Source: Octopus bimaculoides
Taxonomy: Eukaryota
Assembly (NCBI RefSeq): GCF_001194135.2
Contig: NC_068983.1
Location: 114,350,388-114,414,387, forward strand
Length of the DNA: 64,000 bases
Direction of reading: 5' to 3'
The notes under the pieces are model-generated. The model saw only the letters and a program-made list of their open reading frames with translations. It searched no databases and had not been told where the DNA came from. Shown piece after piece: positions 40,731-51,610 of the stretch (positions are counted from its first letter, which is position 1; every line of letters begins with the position of its first letter). Position numbers and translations under genes: made by a program.

Positions 40731-41184
40731 CCACCCTCTCTCTCTCTCTGTATATATATATAGTTCAAATTTACAGAAAACAAAAAACAAAGACAGGTGA
40801 AGGAACAACAAGTAGGTGTATTAGTTTAATGTTCAGGAAGAATGGAAAAATCTTTAATATTTCGAGCCTACGCTCTTCAACAGACAATGATTGAGAGGGT
40901 AAAATGGAGAGAGAATTAAAAAAAAAAACAGAGAGAAAAAAATGTGTAGGGATTAGTAGTTCAACATGTTGAGAGAAAGAGATTAGATAGATGTACATAC
41001 ACTTTAAAGAGAGACCTGCATATAGGATTGACTGATGATGATGATATACACACATCTTAGAGAGTAAGTCTGTCCTGTATACATGTCTCTGCATAAACCA
41101 GACATGCATGCATCACGTTAGCAATATACATATACAGATATATATATATATCATATATATGTATGTTATATATATATATATAAG

Positions 41185-41831
41185 CACAAGTGTTGCTGTG
41201 TGGTAAGAAGTTTACTTCCCAACCACATGATTCTGGGTTCTACCATAGCCCTTAGTCAGTGTAAGCCTTGCGTTTGATAGACAGAAACTGAAAGATGCTC
41301 ATTGCATCTACGTATGCGTGAGTGTAATAATGTATGTATCTATGTGTACAGCTTTATGTTTGTCCCACCACCACCTCCATTATACAACTGATGTTGGTTT
41401 ACTTATGTACCCATAATTTAGTGGTTTGACAAAAGAGACTGATAGGCAAGTGTCTTCTACTATAGCCTCAGGCCGACGAAAGCCTTGTGAGTGGATTTGG
41501 TAGACAGAAACTGAAAGAAGCTTGTCCTATATATATATTTAAGTGTGTGCGTCTTTGTGTCTGTGTTTCTCCACTCCACCATCGCTTGACAACTGATGCT
41601 GGTATGTTTACATCCCCGAAACCTAACGGTTCAGCAAAAGAGGCTGATAGAATAAGTACAAAGCTTACAAAGAATAAATCCTGTGGTCAAGTTTTTCAAC
41701 TAAAAAAAACCCTTTGAGGTGGTGCTCCAGCATGGCCACAGTCAAATGACTGAAACAAATATAAAAATGAAAGAATAAACCCTTTGAGTTAGTGCTCTAG
41801 CATGGCCACAGTCCAATGACTGAAACAAGTA
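41185..41831 (+). mobile_element. SINE B composite: old copy, younger 5'-truncated copy, duplicated 3' terminal unit
   Basis: The body restarts at 41446 (GCAAGTGTCTTCTACTATAG). The terminal unit CCCTTTGAG..GTGCTC(C/T)AGCATGGCCACAGTC(A/C)AATGACTGAAACAA occurs twice (about 41710 and 41780). Confidence 0.85.
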
Positions 41832-41996
41832 TATATACTTCCTATCCATTATTATATACATACACAACACAGTTCCTTACAGTATACTCTGTCTGTCTAG
41901 TATATGTTACTTTAAGCACAATGACTCAATGAATTAAAATTACACCAATTCAGCAAAAGAAAAAAACAAAAAAACAAAACGAAGAATAAATATAGA

Positions 41997-42053
41997 TGCA
42001 TTTTGAAACACTGAAATTAATTTTATAAACTAATTTCAGTGTTTCAAAATGCA
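41997..42053. repeat. Perfect inverted repeat (23-bp stem, 11-nt loop)
   Basis: TGCATTTTGAAACACTGAAATTA (41997-42019) is the exact reverse complement of 42031-42053. Confidence 0.97.
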
Positions 42054-42456
42054 GACAAGCAAGCAGAGCTACTTAGTGAGCTTGTGCACAGTGGGAAATC
42101 CATTCATGTGTCTAGGGTATGGAAAACAAAAACAAAACAAAAAAGGAAAAAAAAAAAATTGTACAAGGAACATATACAGCTGATAGTAGGTTGGTAAGGG
42201 GGAGGGGGAGGAGTAGGAAAATTGCAAGTCATTACTAAAATTGACCTCCTCCTCCCCCTCCTCCTTTATCTATCATTGACAGTAGTGGCAATAAGGAGTG
42301 TCTTGTGACAATTGAAACATCCTGTTAGGAACTTAAGACTCAAATATACTAAAACAGCCATGACAAAACTAAGCACAAAAAAAAATAACAGAAGTAAAAT
42401 AGTCAACTGTTGAAAACAGTGGACTACAAAATTCATTACTGACAACTACTACTACT

Positions 42457-42765
42457 AATAATAATAATAATATATTATTATTATTATTAGCCTTTCTACT
42501 ATAAGCACAAGGCCTGAAATTTTGGGAGAGGGGGCCTAGTTGATTACATCGCCCCNNNNNNNNNNAGCTCAATAATAACAATAATAATAATAATTTTTTT
42601 TTTTATTAACCACAAAGGGTTTACAGGAAAAAACATTGTGGACAGCACTGGACAAATAGAATGTGGGGTTACATGAAAGTCCAGTAAACAATGAAAATCA
42701 ATCAATTATAACAACAAAATTCCCTAAAAGCGAGAGACCTCTTGGACTGCTCATAGAAACCCCAC

Positions 42766-42818
<53 letters not shown>

Positions 42819-43645
42819 TTATTTTATTAGCCACAGGGTATAGATGAGGTGGACGTCACAAAGACAGACAACAATTTGTGTCAGGATTTGCATAAAAAAT
42901 GGGGAGAAAAAAATGGAAGAAAAGACAGTGGAATGTGATAAAAGTATAAATAGTATACAAAGTATGTGATACAGGAGAAATTTCAATTAAGGCCACTCAA
43001 TGAACGCCCCAGATTCAGGGTTACCCTCAACCCTGAAGGTATGAGCCCTCTCTCTTGCTCTCTAATAATGGTTTCAAATTTTGGCACAAGGCCAGCAATT
43101 TCAGAGAGGAGATAAGTTGATTACATCGACCCCAGTGATCAACTGGTACTTATTTTATCCACTCCGAAAAAGTGAAAGACAAAGTCGACCTCAGCAGAAT
43201 TTGAACTCAGAACAAAAAAAAAAAAAAAGTGGATGAAATGCTGCAAGAAGCAAGCCTACTATGCATGCAAGACTTCAGGAGTTCCAACACAACTTAAGTA
43301 GTAGTAATAGTAGTAGTAGTAGTAGTAGTAGTAATTATAATAATAATAACAATAAAATAATAATGTTTTCAAATTTTAACATAAAGCCAGCAAGTTAAGG
43401 ATAATGATGAGAAGAAGAAGAAGAAGAAGACGAAGAAGATGATTTGTTTCAAATTTTGGCACAAGGCCAGCAATTTTAGGATTGGTAGTCATTACAGCAA
43501 CCCCAGTACCTGAATGGTAATTTATTTTATCAACTCTGAAAAGATGAAAGGCAAAGTTGATCCCAGTAGGATTTAAGATCAGAATACACAGAGCCAGAGA
43601 GAAATGCCACAAAGGCACTTTGATACTCTAATGATTCTACCAATG
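42457..43645 (-). mobile_element. Cluster of SINE A copies (about 42491-42555, 43068-43245, 43440-43645) and two LINE-3'-end-like fragments (about 42600-42766, 42818-43050) interleaved with (TAA)n, (TAG)n and (AAG)n
   Basis: The SINE bodies are recognisable. The two other fragments end, on minus, CTTTGTGGTTAATAAA(A)n(TTA)n and CCCTGTGGCTAATAAAATAAG(TTA)n. Confidence 0.7.
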
Positions 43646-45862
43646 AATACAAACTGAACAATATAGATAAAGGAAAACTTAAGGAAAAATTCAAGTACTA
43701 ACAATGGCATAGATAGTTTTATTAAAGAAGAAAACAATAATATTGCTCACCTTGAGCAGTGTTCCAAATTCCTTTACGCTAAGTTCTATATAGACAGAAT
43801 AAGGATTTCTTTAAACAGACATGGAAGAGGAGCAAGTAAAAAGAATTTAGCTAAAAACCATTCCATGTTTTAAAAATAAAATAATTTTTCTTTCATTTTT
43901 AAGTCCCCACCCCTATGTTTCTATATATTAAAAGAATATTGGCAAATGCTTCCATTAACCCAACACTAGTAAGAAGAAACAGATTATCATCGCAACTATC
44001 AGTAGAACTATCAAAGCTTATACTAATAATTTGTTTTATGATTATATCTCAATTTATTATACAGTTATAACAGTTGAAATCTTTTGATCAGATTTCTGAC
44101 TGCCAATATATACATAGAATATTTAGTAGGTCTATTCATGATGGGTGGAGATTCTAGTGAACGCACTATGCATGCATGCACAGACACAGACTCACACACA
44201 CACTCTCCCTCTCTCTGACAACAGCTTGCAACTCCTAAATCCCTTGAAACTGGGGCTTAAGAAACCATGTTTCTACCCAGATTCACCCCAGTTTAAAGTG
44301 TTATACCTATGATCCAATGAAGCAGCTTCTAGGCAGTCACTCAATCTACTGTGTCCAGCTCCAACATTTGAAATGAGGGCTTCATATTTAAAGTCTAAAT
44401 TAAAATGGTGATGACCATGGGCAGATTACTGGCTTGAAGGTCTACTTTGTTCGTAGAGTCTCTTCTACTTCATTTTAATTTTTCTAATTAAATTTATGAA
44501 ATACATGATAATTACTTACTAATACTGTTAAAATATAGCTATTTTGAGCAAAATATTTTACTAAATAGTCATGACAAAAAATATTTGATACTATGCATTT
44601 GAAGAATTTTTATGACTACATAAAATGATGTATCATTTCAAACCAAATGAGGGGCATGAAGTTTGAGAAGATATATGTAGACACAAATGCATGTGTAATT
44701 TCCTGTGCATGTCTCAAAAAAGAAAATCCACAGAAGAAATGTGTATCAAAAACCAAAATTGAAAGAGACAATTCTCTGAAAAGTAAGGTTAAACATTTAA
44801 TTATCTCCAAACCCCAGGTTTATACCCATTATATTTACAGCTGATTCAAAATTTCAAAAGTTCTCTAATTAAAACTAAGCGCAATCAATGTACTTAATAC
44901 CAAAAAAAAAAAAAAAAAGGAAAAAAGACTGGGAGCTTAACCCTTTTACTCTGGATAGTTAACTGAAAGTTAATTAAAAATTTTCTTCCTACACATTAAG
45001 CTTGGCCAATCAGTTTTACTTGGTATGTAACCAATTGTTACTCTTTCTCCATTCTTTCCAACTAACTATTAATTCATGTTTCTTCTTTATACTTTATATC
45101 CAGTCAGAGCCTAACTGAGTTGATACAATTAACAAGTTAGAAAAAAAAAATGCATCCCTCCCCATACTGCTTTTGTTACAAAATTCTCCATCTGGCAGGA
45201 GAGTAAAAAGCTTATTAAAAGGACATCTGTAATAGGATAAATCATAATAGAAAAATAAAATTGAAGTAATTAAGTACATGAGTACTAAAGTGAGATAGAT
45301 GAGAGATGGACAAATAAAGGACGAATTATTCATATGATGGAAATTATAATATACAATCGATATGCATTTAAAAAAAATCTTTAGATATATGCTTATGCTC
45401 TACCATAAAATCTCTACATCTGTAACATTTAAAAATGTTTCTACATTACCATGGACATATGGAAACTAATGAGTCTACAAAATATGAACAAGTGCACAAA
45501 GGAGCAGATGTTTGTATTTGTTCAGAACAACAGTGATTGTGCAACAAGGAAGTGTAACATTTCATTGAAGCAAGATACCTGTTTCACAATTGCTCTCAAA
45601 GTTCAACTAGCTGAATGAGGAGACAAGTTATGAAACTAGCATTAAGAGCATAAGGCAATGTCTTAAAAAAAAAAGATAAAAGCTTTTAGTATCTGGGTAT
45701 CAGATCATATCCCACCAAGTTTGAAACTGGTTTTCACTTCCACAGAGAACCTCATTCTCTTGACTGGAATGCTGATATGTGTGGCATTAAATTTTTACAT
45801 TACGTCTATGGATTTCATAAATATTTGGTCTTTATTAAATATGAAGGCACAAATATAGCTTA

Positions 45863-46321
45863 TAGGCATGGGTATGGCTGTATAAAAGAGCTGCTGGTGT
45901 GACTGTAGTTGAAGACCTTGCTGTCCAACTACGTGGTTTTGGATTCAGCCCCATTGTGTGGAACCTGGGGCAAATACCTTATACTATAGCCTTCAGCTAA
46001 CCAAAACCTTGTGAATCAATTTGGTAGAAGGAAACTGAAAGAAGCCAGTTCTGCCTATACATACATATATATAAAGAGGAAGAGAGAGAGACGATTGTAT
46101 TTGTGTGCATACGTGTTTATGTATTACTTTGTTTTGACATCCTGTAGTGGGTGTAAAATGAGCAACATTGTCATACAAATTTTCATTTTGTTCATTTCTG
46201 GTCTTCCATAAAAAAAACATATCTGGCCATGGGGAAATATTAGCTTGCTGGGAAACAGGAACGGTATCCAGATGTAGAAAATCTGTCTCAATAAATTCCA
46301 TCCGACCCATGTAGTAAAGCA
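45863..46321 (+). mobile_element. SINE B head with RTE-like tail (old)
   Basis: CTATAGCC..ACCAAAACCTTGTGAATCAATTTGGTAGAAGGAAACTGAAAGAAGCC body; GTATCCAGATGTAGAAAATCTGTCTC..CCGACCCATG tail. Confidence 0.8.
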
Positions 46322-46584
46322 ACTGAGTCTTCTGAATAATGAATATTCTCAGTGGAGGGTTTGAGAAGATCCCTGAGGAATACTAGATACATGTTCATCA
46401 CAGTTCAAGCATGAACTTTATTTCATAATAGAAGACTGATAAAGAACAAATAGTAGATGACTGAATTGAATTAAATATCTTAGAGACTGAGAGTGAAAAT
46501 CAAAATGTAGTTCCTACGTCTTCAAAATTTACCATTGCCTGCTTAACTGTTTTTTTTTTTTTTTAACTAACTACTGATATCATT

Positions 46585-46963
46585 GTGGAGGCGCAATGGT
46601 CCAGTGGTTAGGGCAGCGGACTCGCGGTCATAGGATCGTGGTTTCGATACCCAGACCGGGCGTTGTGAGTGTTTATTGAGCGAAAACACCTAAAGCTCCA
46701 CGAGGCTCCGGCAGGGGATGGTGGCGAACCCTGCTGTACTCTTCCGCCACAACTTTCTCTCACCCTTACTTCCTGTTTCTGTTGTACCTGTATTTCAAAG
46801 GGCCAGCCTTGTCACACTGTGTCACGCTGAATATCCCTGAGAACTACGTTAAGGGTACATGTGTCTGTGGAGTGCTCAGCCACTTGCACATTAATTTCAC
46901 GAGCAGGCTGTTCCGTTGATCGGATCAACTGGAACTTTCGACGTCGTAAGCAACGGAGTGCCA
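46585..46963 (+). mobile_element. Young tRNA-derived SINE, family C, full length (379 bp)
   Basis: A box TGGTCCAGTGG and B box GTTTCGATACC; many intact CpGs; 3' hairpin TTCCGTTGAT-CGG-ATCAAC-T-GGAA; perfect 12-bp TSD ACTGATATCATT (46573-46584 and 46964-46975). Confidence 0.93.
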
Positions 46964-48600
46964 ACTGATATCATTAGGATGATTATCAAAGTAACAATCA
47001 AATTAAAATCTAAGGCTGTATATGGTAAACAACATCAAAGTTAACAAAGTTAGGTAATTTGAAATTAAAAGGTCATATATACAGATAGGTAGGTCAACAA
47101 ATGATTACACAAAAAACAACCCTTATTATGAATAATATAAGACAGTATAATAGCTAATAAATATACATTTTAATGTAATTAGAATGGTTAACAACCCAAG
47201 GCAAATAAAAACTGTTTTATGGCTTTCTTAACTTTCTTAACCAAAAGCATTTCTTGTAACAGTTTCATTTTCACCATTTAGCACCAACTGAGCTATTTGT
47301 TCCTGAAGAAATTTAAGCCAAACATTTTAATGTATAGCGTTCACCATGTAGTGATCTGTATAGATAGTAAAATATTCATAAACATACACGAGAAGGTGAC
47401 TTTGTATGTTGTCTAATGGAAGACTAATGAGATATAACCTTAACACATTGCAAGCTCAGAGAAAAGCAATTAAATTTAATTTCAACTATCATATTTATAA
47501 AACAGTATTCAACTTAAAAGTAAGCTAGCTGCTACAACTGTTTCAATAATATAATCAGCTTAGCTTAATTGCATTAAATTCATTAATTAGGAAATTTGGG
47601 CAATCCCATGCTAAGTAAAAAATAGTTTTATCCTGAATTGTAGTTATCAAAGCAAAAGAAAAACAACAAAAACAGTAATGAACAAAAATAACATTTCTAT
47701 TGAAATCCATTTTAGATCCAGACAGATACTTTAATTTGAGAACATATGATCTAAAAAGATATTCATTAAATTAGCCTTGTAAATTAGCATCCACCTTGAT
47801 TGACTTGAGCAAGTAAAATGTTCAACTAGGTTTTGGTTTTCACAGTTAACTAGTACCTTTAACTCCAGATTTAATGGACGCTTGTTCTTCAGTACTGAAA
47901 CAAATTTAAATATCAGAAAGCCTGGCTATGAGAGAAATATTCAGAATGTAAACACATTCTTTCTGATTTGCAATAAAACGGATGAGTAGTCTGCTGATAT
48001 ATCATTTCACAGCATGCTATTTTGCAGCAAAGATATACTCAGTTTCCTTCTCCAATCAATAGTATAGTATATTCAGCTCTGATATAGCATGGTATTTATA
48101 ATACAGTATAATATTTTGTAATAGAAAATAATTAGATAGTACTAAATGAAGTAAGTTAATTAACTGTTGTTTTCAGATAAATATATTGTAAAGTTTCTGC
48201 GCTTATAAAAGAGTACAAAAATAATCAGGAAAATGCTAAAGTCTAAATGATTTCATTTGATTTTGTAGCAAATAATGAATTCACAAATGAATAGTATTTA
48301 TTTCCAAATACAAAATTTTGATCATTTTCTGAAATCATATTATACTGTCTGATCTATGGAAGAATGGAAAAATAAACATTAAACTCATACTATTTTATCA
48401 AAGAAAATCCAACTCCTAGTCATTTTTATATGTGGATATATATGCCTCAGAATCAGCAAATTTTAGATGAAATTAGAACCAAACCTTGGACAACAAATTA
48501 ATCTTTGTTGTTAAGAAATGTGAAGAATAAATTATAGCTGTCATAATTACAATAACAAAAACGACAATCATAGTCAAATGAGTTTTGTTTAACCGATTAA

Positions 48601-48804
48601 TCCTTCAGCATTCAAGTTGGCCATATCTGGCTCAAATATTCAAACAGGCCAGATCCAACCTCTCACACCCATCTTACAATGTCACTCAAAAAATAAACAG
48701 TCGCCACATCAAACTCTCAAAGCTATGAAATAATGCATGATTAATTCATAACAATGTTATTAAATAAGCATTACATTTGACAGAGTAACCTGAACGCTAA
48801 AGGG
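48601..48804. mobile_element. piggyBac-type MITE
   Basis: TTAA (48597-48600) | TCCTTCAGCATTCA ... TGAACGCTAAAGGG | TTAA (48805-48808): TTAA TSD with inverted termini. Confidence 0.8.
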
Positions 48805-48854
48805 TTAAATTGTAAAAAGCCACATCAAACAGTCACAAAATATTGTAGATCTGG

Positions 48855-49060
48855 AGAAAACACTGTATGAGCCAAAAAGAGAGTCATCTGCATGGTCGCT
48901 AGAAAGAGCAGCCAAATAACTCTTGAATCATACACTTTTTTGAAAATTTTTGAAAATAAAGCTGAATTAGATAAATCTCATTGTAGAGGTATTGCAGCAA
49001 GGAAGACTAAATGTTCATGGCAAAAATGCCTTCTTCACAGGACTAAATAACAACAATAAT
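48855..49060 (+). mobile_element. Family D repeat copy
   Basis: GCTAGAAAGAGCAGCCAAAT...GGACTAAATAACAACAAT resembles 33455-34022. Confidence 0.5.
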
Positions 49061-50250
49061 ATTGTACATGGTCATGAATATTTAACTGATTTAAGTTGTC
49101 TGATTATTATGTAAAAATTATTATATTTATGATGAAAAAGAAATGTGAAATAAATACATCTAAATTGTATAATGTCATAAATATGAGATCATAAGAACAT
49201 AAGAAAATACTTTTTTCCATGGTAAAAGTCTCTGGAAATCTAATTAAGTCAACTGGGAAGAATGAAAGTAAAAAAAGTAAAAGAAATAAGAAGCAAGTGA
49301 ATAGAATCGGACACAGGCTTACTACATTAATGTTCCTCTCTATTTAAGATAAAACTCAGCCAACAAGAACCTAAAACCAGTAACAGCACCACCTTCTTAC
49401 CAATTACTCCCATTTGGGACATCAGTTGAAGATAACTGATAAGATATTAATATCAGATTAAAACAATATCAGCAGTTTCCAATCCTGTTTGGCAGCAACT
49501 ATATAGGTTACTGAGCAAAAGAACAGAAAATCTTCAGGTCAATGACTAAATTCCCTTTTATAATTTTACATTAGTACCTTCACAGCATGTCTTCAAATTT
49601 TTTCTTTTTTTTTTTATATAGAAATAATTCAATTAAAAAATATATAAGTAGATATTTTGCAGGCTGAAGTATTACTCCAGAGATTATATATTAAAACTAA
49701 ACCGTTACAAGTGAAATTTTACAGATGTTATTCATATATTTTACTTTTTCTTCAGATTTCTTTTGACTTAACCACAAGATTCCAATCTTGTCAGCAATAT
49801 TATTGCACGAAATTACTTTGGGGACCCTGAATAATCTGAGCCTGAACAAGCCAGGTTTCTGTAAAGAGGCTTGCAAAACTTTGAGCTGCATGGAGCCGAT
49901 AGAACTAAATTAAACCATTTTAAATAGTAGTAATATATATAAATATATTATGACTCAAGCTCCCTATTCAAATTCATAATAATGGAATTGGATGGCAATA
50001 ATTACAGGAATCTGTGAGAGTAGCAAAAAAAAAAAAAAAAAAAAAAATTCTTTATTGGTAAAAATCTTATAAAAATTTGTTTTTAGTTAATTTTATAGAA
50101 TTTTGTTTTACAATTAATTATTAGCAAATTCTTTAAAAATTTGCATTTGGTAAAAGAGTAGATAGTTTATTTTGTTACTTGGGCATATGGATGTGTAAGG
50201 ATAAAGAAGTCAAGACTTAGAGTTAAGAGGATAAAAAACAGCAGTATTAT

Positions 50251-50466
50251 ACTGGTGTCATGCAAATGGCACCCATGCCGGTGGCACGTAAAAGCACCGA
50301 TTACACTCACAGAGTGGTTGGCATTAGGAAGGGCATCCAGCTGTAGAAACCATGCCAAATCAGATTGGAGTCTGGTGCAGCCTTCTAGCTTGCCGGCTCT
50401 AATCAAATCGTCCAACCCATGCCAGTATGGACAATGGACGTTAAATGATGATGATGATGGTGATGA
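50251..50466 (+). mobile_element. RTE-type 3' end fragment with (ATG)n tail
   Basis: GCCGGTGGCACGTAAAAGCACC...GAGTGGTTGGCATTAGGAAGGGCATCCAGCTGTAGAAAC...GGACGTTAAATGATGATGATG. Confidence 0.9.
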
Positions 50467-51149
50467 AGGGTCTCAGGTATATATTATAGTGAGTTGGAAA
50501 ACTTTCAGCAATGAGTTATTAGACAAAGCAGTTATTAGACAAAAACTCCCAATAATAATATTTGAAATGTATATCCAGCCAACTTCCTACATACAACATC
50601 AATATTCTTTACTCATCATCATCAGCAGCTGAGTTGCATCTACAATAACGAAGAAAGGCTTAGATGCACACATAAGGTAATAATTTCCAAATATCGGACA
50701 CAGAATGAAAATTTGGCCGAGTTTTTGAATAGCTGTCCCTCAAATTGCCATACCTCATATAGGAGAGGAAAAGAGTAAGGAAGTAGGGGTGGAAGGACAA
50801 GGCTGTAAAAAAAAAAAAAATTTAAAGAAAGGAAAATTTTTCAGATTTGTCATTTCTGACGTCTGAAACACGGGAGTAGATATAACAGGGGACAACTGAT
50901 GAAGGGAATGTTCTTAATGTTGCATGTCTCATTTCTCTGTTTGTTTAATTTTTTCGTTGCTCGAAATAATGTTCGTTTTCTATGTTCTTGTTTCTCATTC
51001 TGTCTACGTTTTTTTTAATGTTCTGTACCCATATATGCATGTATATATACATATATACGTAGGTATGTACATATATGTATGCATATATTTATATATTATT
51101 GATATTACAAAGAGGTTAAAAACGATCTTTTTCCTTTTCCATAAGAAAG

Positions 51150-51195
51150 GGTAGTTTAGTGTACAGTGAAGGTAGTTTAGTGTACAGTGAAGGTA
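51150..51195. repeat. Perfect 21-bp tandem duplication
   Basis: GGTAGTTTAGTGTACAGTGAA twice, then GGTA. Confidence 0.9.
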
Positions 51196-51415
51196 CTTTG
51201 AGGGGAAGCTATTCCAAAATTCCTCCGAAAATTTTATCTACATAAGATAGAAATAGCTTGTGTAACATGTCTGCAGCATTTTAAGTTCGCCATCTATGAT
51301 CATTTATAAGTTATACAAGTATTAAACAATATTAAATAAACAATCGATAAAAAGTAAGAGCCTTATAAACAGAGGTCATTTTTTAAACTTGGCTTTAAAA
51401 TTCTTATATTAGAAA

Positions 51416-51610
51416 GGGGCAAGCTGGCGGTATCATCAGTATGCCGAGCAGAATGCTTCACGTTCTGAGATCAAGTCCCACCGAGGTCATCTTTGCCTTT
51501 TATCCTTTCGGGGTCAATAAAATCAGTACCAACTGAGCACTAGGGTCGATGTAATCGACTTAACCCCCTCCCCCGAAAATACTGGCCTTGTGGCAAAATT
51601 TGAAACCAAT
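51416..51610 (+). mobile_element. SINE family A
   Basis: Head GGGGCAAGCTGGCGG, body CTTTGCCTTTTATCCTTTCGGGGTC, tail GGCCTTGTGGCAAAATTTGAAACCAAT. Confidence 0.85.

Noticed and set aside
43745-43850. Strong sense-strand donor AAG|GTGAGC
   Set aside because: No convincing acceptor or reading frame. The only in-frame option uses a weak AAG acceptor and would insert 7 residues into WW1.
46585-46665. tRNA-like sequence with A and B boxes (and similar heads of SINE A and B)
   Set aside because: No clean acceptor stem or cloverleaf. It continues into a SINE body bounded by a TSD, so it is a SINE head rather than a tRNA gene.
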